Source: Squalus acanthias
Lineage: Eukaryota
Assembly: GCA_030390025.1 (NCBI GenBank)
Contig: CM059432.1
Location: forward strand, 73,224,001-73,288,000
Direction of reading: 5' to 3'
Length of the DNA stretch: 64,000 nt
Position numbers and translations under genes: made by a program. The number at the start of each line of letters is the position of its first letter. Within the stretch, counting starts at the first letter, position 1. The notes below the pieces were generated by a model. The model was not told the origin of the DNA. It searched no databases and saw only the letters and a program-made list of their open reading frames with translations. Positions 38,436 through 51,162 of this stretch are shown one piece after another.

Positions 38436-41400
38436 CATGCCATTTGGAAGGAGTGTACAAGTTCTGAAAGACTATTTTCAGTAAATAAATCGAAAAATGA
38501 GATACAGTGCAGTAAAAATTTAGCCAAACTATCCTTTCAGTTGAATTTTCATTGTAGTCAGTAATCACACAATAAAACTAAACACTATGCATTAATGCTA
38601 TGAGATAGCAATGATAAGAGTACTTACAAAAAAATGCTGAATACTTTTACAAGTTTAAAAGCTTTACATAATATCTGGCCACAGATTAGAAAGTCCCTGC
38701 ACAGTATTACATTCTGTGGCTTAATTTCAAAAATATATTTGCATGAGTCAATACTGGCAATGAACTCTAGGTTGAATAATACTGATGATATCAACATGTT
38801 CAAAATGCTACTGCAACAGTTTGCAAATGATGGCAACTTATTTACGATTTTGTGTCCCTTATCCTGACTGTCTGAATAACAACTCTCTAAAAATTGTAAT
38901 TCACTTACAGGGTTATAGTTAATTCTTAACTTATTCACACAACTATTATATCTTGACCTGTAGATATGGACCTCAGCAGTAATAAACTGCAGTGAATGCT
39001 GCCAATGCACTTCTTCTGATACACACAGATGATATGCAATTAAAATCCCCTTTCACATTCTTATGAGGCTGTCAATCAAGAGAAAAGCCTTTTTGACAGC
39101 ACTCAATGAACCATACACACTAACCACTGAACAGGAACTTAAACAGTAACAGCCTTTGTTACAAGCAGGGGAAAATTCTATCTTGATTAGCTTTATTAGT
39201 AAGACATCTCTTTTTAAATGTTGACATGTGAGAAATTAAGAAAAGGTTGAAACCGTACAATAACATTAAAATCTTTTCTAAAGTTGTATTTAATATTCCT
39301 GATTATGGATAAAGAACAAAACATTAAACAATTTTATTATTTCTTAATATTGCATTTTTAGGTCAACAGATCTGAATATTTTAAAGTTTGAAAAAGGATG
39401 AAGATTTTTAAGATAAAATGAATAAAACCCATTAGGTTTTAACAATATTTGTCATGTTATATTTGATAATATATTACAAATTTTGCAAAATATAAGTTTT
39501 TGTCAATTACACATGAGTATTGTGCAACCTACTAAATGTTCTCAATCATTTAGTTATTTTCCACCTCTTAATAATGTCTATGACATATTTTGACCTTTGT
39601 TTCTTGATAAAGATGGTTGCACTAAAGAATAGAACATTTTTCCACACCCAACTCAACTCCTTGGTATAATTCCACACATTTACAGATTTGTCAGAGCTAA
39701 AATGCATGAATTAATCCCAAACTGGGGCCTATTTCACGCTATGGACTCATGTTGGCTGAAACAGCCCGACTGCCACAATGCAATTCTTTTGTGACCTTCA
39801 GAAAATCATTAGCAAGATGAACTGGGGAGGATGGTAGTGAGTGGATGATAGCTATCTGCTTTTACCTTCTGTCACTCCCAGTCCTCATTCTGCGCTAAAT
39901 GGTAGAGATTCACAATGCTCACAAAACACTGGCAATTTCTGAGCTGTATATACCTACAGGCGCCAATTTAAAAGGCATCACAGATTCAAGAAGTAGTTTT
40001 GGATGCCCACAAGACCTGGTTTATTTTGGAAGGACAGTGAGACAACTCTAGACTGCTTTCAAAGGCAGGCCTCTAGAAGTGAATAATAGAAACTTAAGAT
40101 GAGTATTTGCCCAGCCATTCCATCTCATTTATTACCAAAGGCTTTTTAAATAATTGTTTTTTATGTAGAGGAACTAAAATGTATACTTTAGAGCAATCAA
40201 GTGATAGTAGTTCCATCTATTGTTAATATCCCCTTTTGGGGAAAGTGAACTGGTATAGTACGAGTGATGCATTCATTTCATTTGCTGTCAAATAAATATT
40301 GCAAAAGCAACAATGAATTAACATAAGTCACTAGGATGTTTAAAATTTAAAACTACTAAAACACAACTAACTGTTCATGTGCGATAGCAATCTATGAGGT
40401 TCAGTTTTACTATCTGTTTCATTTTATTACAGTAAAATGTGTTAGTGCATTTTTAACTGAAAAACCTTGTAATGGAAGCATAACACTTCTCATGGTATCT
40501 GAAACAGACCTCTCATCACAGTAGGAGCATAAGCAACAGAAAGCAAAGCATTACATCTGTCTGACCCAATGACTGAACTAATCTTTAAGATCCAATTAAT
40601 GGGACAACCATAACAATGCATCTATTATTTTATGGAACAACTTTTATGATGTTATTTTTATTTATATTTCTGCCAAAATCTTGAAGCATACAATAGTGAT
40701 GTTTCTGCTGTAAACCTTAACTGAATATATCATAAATCTCACAAAGCTAGTATGGTATTCTCAAAAAGCTATCTAACACTTGTGGTTCAAATCTTTTGCT
40801 ACTATTTAATCCTTAGTATTAGCTTAAAATTAAGAAATGTTTTATTTAACTTTTTATCCCTCTTCCTTTGCTAAGCTCTTTCTCCAGGAAGGACAGCCTG
40901 TGAGAAGGTTGTGTAGTTACTCTGTCTTAGCTTCCAGTGCAAATGCTGTTTGGTTTATTTGCCACCAGCAGCAGTTATGTATCTTTCAAGTGAGATTAAA
41001 AGGGGTCTGCATTTCCCATATTGCAACAATTGTTCTCCTGCCCCACCAGTGTTGATATGAACTGAGAGAAGTGTACATATGTACAAATTGGGAATTTCAG
41101 ACACTGGTCATCACTGGAGCTCAAAGTAGCGACCACAACTGTGTGCCACGTTTTCTACCAGAATATAAGGAAACGTCTCTTGGCTCCATAAATTAAGATG
41201 GCAGTTAATGACAGCATTATTCAAACAATATGTTCCCTTTGGTTACTATCTGTTTACGGAAATCATGGGTTTAAATTTTGTTTTTGATTGAACAAATTGG
41301 CTGCCATGTTTGTCTACATAACAACAATGACTACGTTTGAAAAGTAATTCACAGGCTTTGAAGAACTTTGGAACATCCTGAGGATGTGAAAGGCACTACG

Positions 41401-44400
41401 TAAAAATAAGTTATTTCTTTCTTTAATTTAAATCCAGTCTGAGGTAGTTAGTCAAAAGTACTGCAAACTGTACTTGTTGATCAGCTTACTTTATGAAACA
41501 GTTGGGCCAGAAAGGGCACAACGACAGCCATCATCCCAAGTTAAGTACAATTGACATGATCTCAAAAAATCTGTCTCCCTTCATTTCATGTTATCTAAAT
41601 GAGGTGAGCACAGATGCATCTTTACTGTAGCAGTAGCGACAAGTACACACTAATGAGTGTCACATATGGAGCATGGCATAGCTGATCAAACTACTGTTTC
41701 CACTACAACACGGACTGTAAAACAGGAACTCCAACAGTGGACAACTCTGCTTTCTTGGCAAAAAGCCTGCAGGGTGCATCGTTGTGTTTGAAAACATACT
41801 GAGAATTAAATTTTGATGTACTGTACTAGATTAACTTAACAGCAATCCTTATAAATACCATTTTAAATTGAACTGGCAACATTTGCAGCGGATGGATTCC
41901 TGAAATGTATTTTTTATATTACAATAGGTACATTAAATACCCAACGATTTGAAATTCAGTGCTGCCATATGGTCAAAATTTTTCTGTTGTTGAGTTTTTT
42001 TTCCAGATTGTTCCTAGTTTGCATTTTGCATTAGCAATTCTTTCTTTTGTCAGTTCTTTTGTCTGCACAAAATTGGCAGCAGTCCAGATTCAAAGTAGAT
42101 CTATTCATTTGCTGACCATATAACCAGTGCCATTCTAGTTCACATCAGCCTGAGAGCTAAGCTCTGCAGAGAATAAAAGGCTTGCTTCACCACTGACGAA
42201 TGGTGTATATATTTTGCTGTGTTAAAAAGGTAATACCATGTCTAAAACTAACAATATAACTTATAATTTCTCATTCACGAGCAAGCAGCTGCTGAAATAC
42301 TCATCACGTAAAAACTTCAATAGCTGCCAAAGCAGTCCTCACAGCAAAACTGTCACCATCATCCAAACTATGAATTGAAAAGGTGTAAGATGTGAAAGCT
42401 GAAAAATGTGTCAATTGTGCATTGATATCTAATGTGAAAATAATGCACGACAACTGTAGAAAGTACAAATAAAAGTAGGATTGTTAGGGATGTTGTAACC
42501 ATTAAACTCAAAAGTATTGGGTTTGAAAGTTTGTCTACAAAGCACAATATATATAAAGAATAAATAAATGGAACAGCAATATGTTCTTGTCTTCATATAG
42601 ATTTTTATTGCTGTAAATGCAAAGAAAATCAGACTAAAGTAGCACCACTTTTGCTTAAGGATGTTCTCGAATAGCTTTCTGTTTAGCAGAAAACATCCCT
42701 CATTGACTAACCTAGAATAATTTAAACAGAGCTGCATCTAAATATGTAATGCTCATCTCTAACCTAGTCTGCTCCAAAAAGTCACATGTGGTTTCCTTTA
42801 AAGGTTTCAATGTAACTCGGTTACTGTTTATTTAAAATGTTGGTAAAACCATTGAAACAGAGTGGAATGTTGTCAAGGTTTGATCTTTACAAGTCCTTGA
42901 AACATGGCATGTTTGAAAACAACTGCTGTAACAACAATGTAACTGAAAATGGATTAACAATAAAAAAAATTACCATGGAAATTTAAATGTACTGTCATCA
43001 ACAGCAAAATTAGATGCTCAAATACAACAATGCTCTTGGACAATAGGAATAAACTGAATTTCCTAAACATTCAGTTAAATGCAGGAATAAAATTCTCTTG
43101 TATTAAAATGCACAGTAAATCTTAAACTAATATTTTCTTAAAACTATCAAAACGTTGCACCCTCTGCTAGTTTTAATGACTTTAGGGTTCAAGTTACAAA
43201 AATTGAACATATAATAACTTTGTAGGACTTCTTTCTTTTCTAGCTCCCATTGATTACCACCATTGAAGTTGTTCTTCTTGGCATCTATTTACTTGGGACT
43301 GTCCAATGTGATGCCAGAAATACTTAGGTTTCTGGGGTGGTAATATGTTATTTAGAACTAGATTAGTTTGTTAAGTGTTCTGAGGGTCACTTCAGGTCTG
43401 ACCTCTTCTGTGTGTATCAGTCAGGCAATGATGTATCATTAACGCATAGCAGCTGTATCCCAATTGATGCCATGAACATAACAGCTTTTTATAGCCATCA
43501 AGGGAGTGTAGATTGGGTTCTTTTATTAACCACTAAATGTGATTATTACATTATATGACCTGTACTTTTCTAAATAGCCCATTTGTTCAAATGTTACTGT
43601 TTTCTGAAAAGTCAATAGATGCAGTTAATAAATTACTCCTGCAACATATTTTTAGTTATTTGCTGTATTTTGCAACAAGTTAAATGGTATTTAAAAGACT
43701 GAAAATAAATGGCTTCTTACATGGTAAAGAGCGACCCTGGGCAATTCACAATAGCTACTAATGATATATGGTTGACTGGAGAAAACTGCACCCAGCACCA
43801 TTTACTCAGAAAGGTCAATTCTTACTCACAACACTCAAATGCTCACAAAGAAAATGATAATTTCACTAAAATAAATTGAATAAATCACCAGCATCCTATG
43901 AAGCTGAATGAAAGGACACAACAGTGATTAGAACACTGATTAGGATTTGCTGGAAAGAAATTGCACTGGCAAGTTAACAATTATTTGCTCACAACTGGCA
44001 AGTTGATACAATTTTGAGAATTGTGCTAAGTGAAAAATTAGCAGGTTATGTATAGGTAACACTTCTGTTGGGCATTTGGATAAGCACAAGAGCCCACTAG
44101 TACGTGAAAATGAACTCTGAGCACTTAACACCTTCCTGTGTTTTCAGTAAATTATTTGTGTGAAACAATTTATTAATTTATGAATTATATATTTCATTCA
44201 TTCAAGTGAAGCCTCAGATGTATTGTAGATAATTACATAGAAAACAAAGGATACTTGAGAATGAATTACAAGGCTGTAATCCAATCTTGGGGTTCAGATG
44301 ACATCATAAACCATGAGGCATTTTATAAATGTAATCTTAAACCCTGAGCTAGTCTGCAGCCTCAAACTTCCTCACTTACATCTGTTACTTTCACTTTTAC

Positions 44401-46233
44401 GAAATACAGGAATTTTTCACACATAATAATAGTTTTGGGTCTCTTTTTCAACATAAAATACTGCATGTTTGATGCTAAACATTTTACTAATTGAAGCTTG
44501 ATTTCATTTTTGTATATGATATGCATCATTTTGCACAAGAAGATGCGGGCAAAAGCTATAGGTGAGTGTGTTATAATCTAAAAAAAACAGGATAAATGTG
44601 TGTTGTGTATATATAGATATTATATTCAGATGTACATTACACACACAAAAACTGAAACACTTTTGTTTATCTGTGGTTTATTTTCTTGTTTTAGCAGCAT
44701 TAATGCTACCAAAACCTAACAGTGCACCTGTCCTTGATGCACTATGCTGCTCACAAAGGGGCAATGATGCCTTGTTATGTCACCACTGAAGTAGTAACTT
44801 TTTTGTTTTCTAATTTTCAGGATCTACCTTCTTCTGTACATATCACAATCTGAATTTTAATTATTACAGGTAAACTCTAACAAACTCACTAGCGCCAAAG
44901 ATCATATTCATTGTATGATGAAAATGAGCTACAAAATTTAACTGGCAAGAATTTCAAATAAGATGCTCTTAAAATGAAATTGATTCTACCAGACAATGTT
45001 AAAATTTGCAGTGGGTTATATTATAATTTTATTTGTATTTAAATGTATTCATTATTGCCTCATGATTTAACATTAGATAATTGTATATTCCATACTCTGA
45101 TGTCCCTAAGTTAATGTACACTATCATACAACATTAAACATTGATGTTTAAATGAAATTACTGCTGCATACATGCATTTTAGTTTTTGGAATATTATTAA
45201 ATAAGTTTGATTTCTTTTGCTGCGGTTTTGTTATACACACAGCACACTTAACTAGGTATATCTGATCATGTCTCATACTCAGCTCCTGAAAGGTCCTCTG
45301 TGTTTGTCCTGTAGTCTGACCCACATACAACAGCATACCATCCATTTTTGTCTGTTTACACAAGAGATACCTCACACATTTGCCAAAACTAGCCTTGTTT
45401 GAATTGCCCTCCTGCTCCGTACTCGTACAGGGTACTTGTACAGGACACTTTCCAAACTGTAGGTTTCATACAATTTAAAACTACTTTGAACTAATACAAC
45501 CACCCAATACAAGCAAATACGTTGTAAACTGACACCCTAATAATTGATTCAGTTTAATTGTACTCCGTCCTTCATGCTTAAATACTGCATGCACTAAAAA
45601 GTCAGTCAACTGAATCTAAAGCACATTTTTAAAGTTTATTCACTTGTTATGTAGTAGGCACTAAAACATTGGGGCAGATCACTAGCTAGAAACATTTAGC
45701 CGACTATTACTGTGTGTGCAATGACCACATAGGGAAAAAATAGTGAGAAAGCTGCATTCCTTGCCCAGAGATTTTAAAATGTTAGAAGACAACTGTTAGT
45801 CTATCCACTGACAGTGCAGGGCCACATAATTATCGCAACATGTTCACTCACAATTTCTGACACAATGAAAGGAAATGAGTCGGAACTAGTTTATTGAGAT
45901 CAATGCAGTTTTACTACCATACCACTCACTACTGTAAACATCCTGTGATTAAAAGGAAAACAAGCTGTAAAAAGCGAGGTGTACTGTACATCGTCTCCCC
46001 CCAACATCCCGGCCTCAACGTTCACTTACAATGCAATACGATGCGCTTCAAAACTCATCAGTACCACCTTATTGTCCCCAGCCAAAAGAGCCAAGTGCCT
46101 GCACAACACAGCTCCTACTCAGGTTTGCATTAAACTGATTGCAGTTTTGCATCGCGCCAGAACTCCAGAAACATTCAAAGAGACGCAAGTGTAACAATAC
46201 ATGCTTTAAAAAAAAAACTAAAAAGTAAATCAC

Positions 46234-46335
46234 CTTATTGCAATAGTATGGATCTAAGCAGGGTGAAGGTCCCAGGCAGGGAGTATCTGTGGAGATGTTA
46301 GCTGGAGCAGTCTGTAGATAAAACCTCACGTCCAT
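46234..46335 (-). CDS. TOX: TOX (thymocyte selection-associated HMG box) first coding exon, MDVRFYLQTAPANISTDTPCLGPSPCLDPYYCNK
   Basis: The 34-aa peptide closely matches the recalled vertebrate TOX N-terminus (MDVRFY...PCLGPSPCLDPYYCNK). ATG is at 46335-46333. The exon ends with a phase-0 donor AAG|GTGATT (GT at 46233-46232). Confidence 0.93.
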
Positions 46336-46599
46336 TTCAGTGAAATTTGCAGTGAACACATCAAGCAGCTCCCCTTTTTTCTGGTTGTTCGTGAGAGCAG
46401 AAAGAGAGAGAGAGAGAAGAAACAGGAGAGGGAGGAGAGACACCTTCCCTGCCTCACATCCGTTTGTGGTCTGCAGTAAGAGAACTCTCCAAAAAAAAGA
46501 GCAGCAGCCTGTAGTTTTCTGCTTCCAAAAGAAACCGCTTTGCAGTCCAGTAATACTTGAAGAAAAAAATAATTTTAAAAAATAAAGTCAGTAGGAAAG

Positions 46600-47030
46600 C
46601 TATTTTTTTTCACGAGGTGTTGGAGGAAACTTGCTGACTTTCCCCCCCGCCCCCTGCCCTTACAAGAGGAGAATGTTTAGTTTTGTCAGCCTTCGGCAGC
46701 CGATGAGCTCGTCCACGCGCTTGGCTGTGACACAGCGAGGAGAGCACGAGAGCGGCGCCAGCTTCCACACAAAGAGAAGGGCTCCAGCCGCACTACCAGA
46801 GAGCGGCGGCGAGGGGGCGCTCCAACAGCTACAGGCTGGCAGAGCCCTGCGCTCAGGAACAGTCAGCCCTCAGCGAGCTAACACAAAGCCATACATTATC
46901 CTGCCTAACAAATGGTTTGTTTTGATGTTCCTAAAATGAACCATTAGACAACATGCCAGGGCTGTCATTCTGGGCGTTATTAAAATGTCTCAGCGCCCCC
47001 CCACCCAGACGAAACTAAACTAATTCATTA
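46600..47030 (-). promoter_or_regulatory. Putative TOX promoter (GC/CpG-enriched)
   Basis: Locally GC/CpG-rich non-repeat sequence just upstream of the TOX 5'UTR. It has a GC-box CCCCGCCCC near 46645 and AGGGGGCGCT near 46812. The TSS cannot be determined from sequence. Confidence 0.55.
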
Positions 47031-47134
47031 TCTTCTGCCACAACAAGCAATATTCTACCCTCTCCTCCCACATTCTGTGGAAAGCTTGGGGGTACCGACC
47101 GCTGTTGGCAACCCTCCTGTACCTCATTCAGTTA

Positions 47135-47370
47135 TTCATTCACACAAGGCCACTGTTTCACGGTGATCGAATAAGTCAAATTCCATTTTTATTACACCGG
47201 ATTACAGAATGTTTACTGGTCTTTTTGGGATCGCATTCCACAATTCCATCAATTTATCATTAGGCCCATTGGTTTATGGCGACTCAATAAGTCAAATTCC
47301 ATTTTTATTAAATGGGATTTTAGGATGTTCCCACGATTTTACTGGTGGTTTGGGGATAACATTCTGTAAC
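47135..47370. repeat. Diverged tandem duplication (~116-bp period) upstream of TOX
   Basis: Identical 25-mer AATAAGTCAAATTCCATTTTTATTA at 47170-47194 and 47286-47310, with similar flanks. Confidence 0.75.
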
Positions 47371-47743
47371 TGTCTATTTTTCCATCAAAACTACAAATCT
47401 TGCTTATTCTTCATTCTTTCATTCAGTTCAATAGCTGGAGATCACTCAAAGTGTGAACGAAAATTCCGATTATGTTTCTTAGCAGTTTAAGATAATTTTT
47501 TTCAAACTTTGTTGCAGATCAAATGTGATTTGAGGAGTTGTCTCCAGTGATTAAAATGGAATTTGTTAAGAGTTGTGCACATCCCAACCCAGTGTACCTT
47601 TGACCCCACCCCATAACCTTTAGTACTGCCAATGCTACACAATTTTGGCCCTGAAATTTGTTCAGTTAAGCTCATCATTGCAGGATATTTTTTAAGTAAG
47701 AGGAATTCATTCAGTAAACTTTATACTGACGTTTTTTTCAAGG

Positions 47744-48935
47744 TGTCAGCCTTGGCTCAGTGGTAGCACGCCTGCCTCTCAGTCAGACGTTTGTGCGTTC
47801 AAGCCTCACTCTAGAGACTTGCGCACATAATCCAGGCTGACATTTCAGTGCAATACTAAGGGACTGTTGCTCTGTCAATGATGCTGGCTTTTGAAGGAGA
47901 TATTAAATTGAGGCCCCCTCTACCCTCTCAGGTGGACATAAAAGATCACTTGGCACATTTTGAAGAAGAGAAGGGGAGTTCTCCTGGTGCCCTCAGCCAA
48001 CATCACTAAAACACAACGGTCTAACATTTGCGATCGGAGGCTTCCCGCGAGTGGATGCCTCCGACCTGTAAAGTATCTACGCATTTACCTGGTGGCCCGG
48101 GAGATATGGAGGCTTGCGATCCTGGGCCTCTCCGGGTACGCGCGGGCAGAGGCCCACATATCCATGGGGTGCAGGCGGTTCGCAAGCGCCCCTGGGATCA
48201 CGTGGGCTGCACCAACCAATAAAAGAAGGGAATCCCCATTCATACTTAGAGGAGTTCCGTACGTACGGAACGCCCATAAGTATGAATGGGGATCACTTAA
48301 AAAATACACAAACACATGAAATAAATTAAAAAAACATATTTAAAATTAATTAAAATGCCATTTAATTAAATATTTTAAACAAAAATTGAATTTTTTAAAA
48401 TTTTTTAAAATATATTTTAACGGGGCTAAAAATAAACTTACCTTATTGGACAGGGTTTTTAATGTATAAATGAGTGATAAAACTTTATTTTTCTATTTAT
48501 TCAAACTCTTATGCTGGTAAAAGCAGGCCTTATGCCAGGCGTAAGAATTTCACGGGCATTCAGCGGCCGGAAGTTGGGCAAATAGTGCAACTCTCCACCC
48601 GCAGAGGCCCTTTTCCTGGGGATGCGGAGGATCTGTCAAGAAGATTCTTGACAGATCGCAAGTCCCGGGTTTCAGCGCATACGCTTTGCATGCCTAAACC
48701 CGGAACTTGCGCGGCCCCTATGGGCGTGTGCGCACCTCATACGCACCCGTCAGGGTCGCAAAATACAGCCCATTATCTAGTCATTTATCTCATTGCTGTT
48801 TGTGGGACCCTGCTGCGTGCAAATTGGCTGCTTCATTTTTCTACATTACAACAGTGACTATGCTTAAAAAAGTACTTCAATGGAAAAGTCCTGAGGTCAT
48901 GAATGGCACAATATAAATGCAAGTTCTCTTTCTTT
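47744..48935 (+). mobile_element. Full-length DeuSINE split by a MITE
   Basis: A-box TGGCTCAGTGG at 47753, B-box-like GTTCAAGCC, Deu domain and L2-type tail ATATAAATGCAAGT. Confidence 0.85.
48018..48771. mobile_element. Harbinger-type MITE (family B) with internal 62-bp hairpin
   Basis: Imperfect TIRs GGTCTAACATTTGCGA / TCGCAAAATACAGCCC. It interrupts the SINE. GC-rich ends and an AT-rich centre. Confidence 0.75.
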
Positions 48936-49199
48936 AAATGGGTAAGAATCAAAATCACTCTCATGCTACTGTTCCAAACCATGTTTACAAACTGGGCTCA
49001 GAATTATTGAACAGGGTCAACTACAGTTACATCTTGTTGAAATACATAAATAATTAACAATTTCCAGACTGCGCTGACAGATCCTGTCACCTTTAAATTC
49101 TTTTTTGCTGCATTTACTTATTTCTCAAGCAGTTCCATGCACCGATGCGGTCATGCATTTTTTGAGAATGGAAAAAAAGAACTTGCATTTATATAGCAC

Positions 49200-51162
49200 C
49201 TTTGGATAGAGGATTGGTTAACGGACAGAAAAGAGAGAGTAGGGATAAACGGATCTTTTTCAGGTTGGCAGGCTGTAACTAGTGGGGTGCCGCAAGGATC
49301 AGTGTTGGGGCCTCAGCTATTTACAATCTATATTAATGACCAAGATGAAGGGACCGAGTGTAATGTATCCAAGTTTGCTGATGATACAAAGATAGGTGGG
49401 ACAGTAAGCCGTGAGGAGAACGCAAAGGCCGCGATTTTGCACATGGATGCGGCTTGGGAGCGGGTCAGCTGGTTTCCGGGTTCCAGTCCTGCCCCCAACT
49501 GCATCCGGCCCACGGACGTGATTTTACGTCGATTGGCCTTGTAAAGCCCACCCTGCGGGCTTGCCGGCCAATTAAGAGGAAGCCGGTCAGATGACATAAT
49601 TTGATGACGTGTCATCTGCCAGTTTTCTTAAAGGGACCACGCACAATTTTTCTTTGACAGCTCATTTCTCAGTGTTTGACAGCATTGAGGTGCTGCAAAC
49701 ACTGACAATCACTGTACAAAGGTGAGCTCTTGCACCCAAGCTCTCCAATGACTCCCTCCATAGGCTAGAACAGATGGCAGCTGCAGATGAGGTTACAGAA
49801 ATGATCTGTCACTGGTGAGAGAGGTTCTCCCAATGAGGTGGGACTAGACAGCCAATTCAAAACTTGTTACCTACAGAAAAGTAAAATGCATTAAAAATGA
49901 TTTTCCCAACATTTTCTTACCTCTGAAACTCACCAGTGCACCATTGGATCCTTCACACCACTTCTGCAGCTGTCATCAATGCAGAAAAATTACAGCAGAC
50001 TCACAACACGCCACACTTACCTGGCATGGTGTCCGGACATTGGGGAACCCGAGGCAGAAGTGGCAAAATTGAAAAAGAGCCTGTTAACAAGTATCAAGTA
50101 CCTGTTAACAGCCAGGTAAGTGGCTATAATCCTCTTCCCGCCGCTAGGTGTTGGGTCCATGTGCAAATCGGGGACCCGACACTTGGGAAGATTGATTGGA
50201 GGCAGTTTGACAGTGGGTTTCCTACCCGCTGTCAATCTTTGCGATTTTGACAGCGGTCCCGCCTCCAATCCCGCACTCTGAGGACTGGCAAAATTCTGGC
50301 CAAAGAGTCTGCAAGGGATATAGATAGACTAAGTGAGTGGGCAGTAAGGTGGCAGATGGAGAATAATGTCGGGAAATGTGAGGTTATTCACTTTGGTAGG
50401 AAGAATAGAAAAACAGACTATTTTTTAAATGGTGAGAAAATTTCAAATGTTGGTGTTCAGAGAGATTTGGGTATCCTCGTGCAAGAAACACAGAAAGCTA
50501 GCTTGCAGGTAGAGCAAGCAATAAGGAAGGCAAATGGCATGTTGGCCTATATTGCAAGGGGGTTGGAGTATAAGAGTAAGGAAGTCTTGCTACAATTGTA
50601 CAGGGCCTTGGTGAGACCACACCTGGAGTACTGTGCACAGTTTTGGTCTCTTATCTAAGGAAGGATATACTTGCCTTGGAGGCGGTGTAACGAAGGTTCA
50701 CTAGATTGATTCCTGGGATGAGATTGTGCAGAATGGGCCTATACTCTCTGGAGTTTAGAAGAATGAGAGGTGATCTCATTGAAACATACAAGATTCTGAA
50801 GGGTATTGACAGGGTAGATGCTGAGAGGTTGTTTCCTCTGGCTGGAGTGTCTAGAACTAAGGGGCATAGTCTCAGATAAGGGGTAGGCCATTTAAGACTG
50901 AGATGAGGAAGAATTTCTTCACTCAGAGGGTTGTGACTCTTTGGAATTCTCTCCGCCAAAGGGCTGTGGATGCTGAGTCTTTGAGTATATTCAAGGCTGA
51001 GATAGATAGATTTTTGGTCTCATGGGGAATCAAGGGATATGGAGATCGGGTGGGAAAGTGGAGTTGAGTTCGATGATAAGCCATGATCTTATTGAATGGT
51101 GGAGCAGACTCGAGCAGCCGTATGACCTACTCCTGCTCTTATTTCTTATGTTCTTATGTTCT
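49200..51162 (+). mobile_element. CR1 3' RT fragment split by a MITE
   Basis: PQGSVLGPQLFTIYIND, FADDTK and LYRALVRPHLEYC motifs, with a (TTCTTATG)n tail. Confidence 0.92.
49427..50301. mobile_element. Harbinger-type MITE (875 bp)
   Basis: TIRs GGCCGCGATTTTGC / GCAAAATTCTGGCC and TSD AAA. Removing it restores the CR1 reading frame (..ENAKSLQ..). Confidence 0.9.

Noticed and set aside
1..46233. Further TOX exons (exon 2 FDGENMY.., HMG box)
   Set aside because: No matching peptide was seen by eye or in the ORF track. They probably lie beyond the window's left edge, although a short diverged exon could have been missed.
46069..46443. 124-aa ORF as a complete protein
   Set aside because: Only the 34 codons from ATG 46335 to the splice donor are TOX-like. 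The rest is 5'UTR and intron read-through.
47744..47815. tRNA genes here and at 19053-19130 and 16253-16337
   Set aside because: The A/B boxes belong to SINE or LINE heads that continue into repeat bodies, and no convincing cloverleaf is present.
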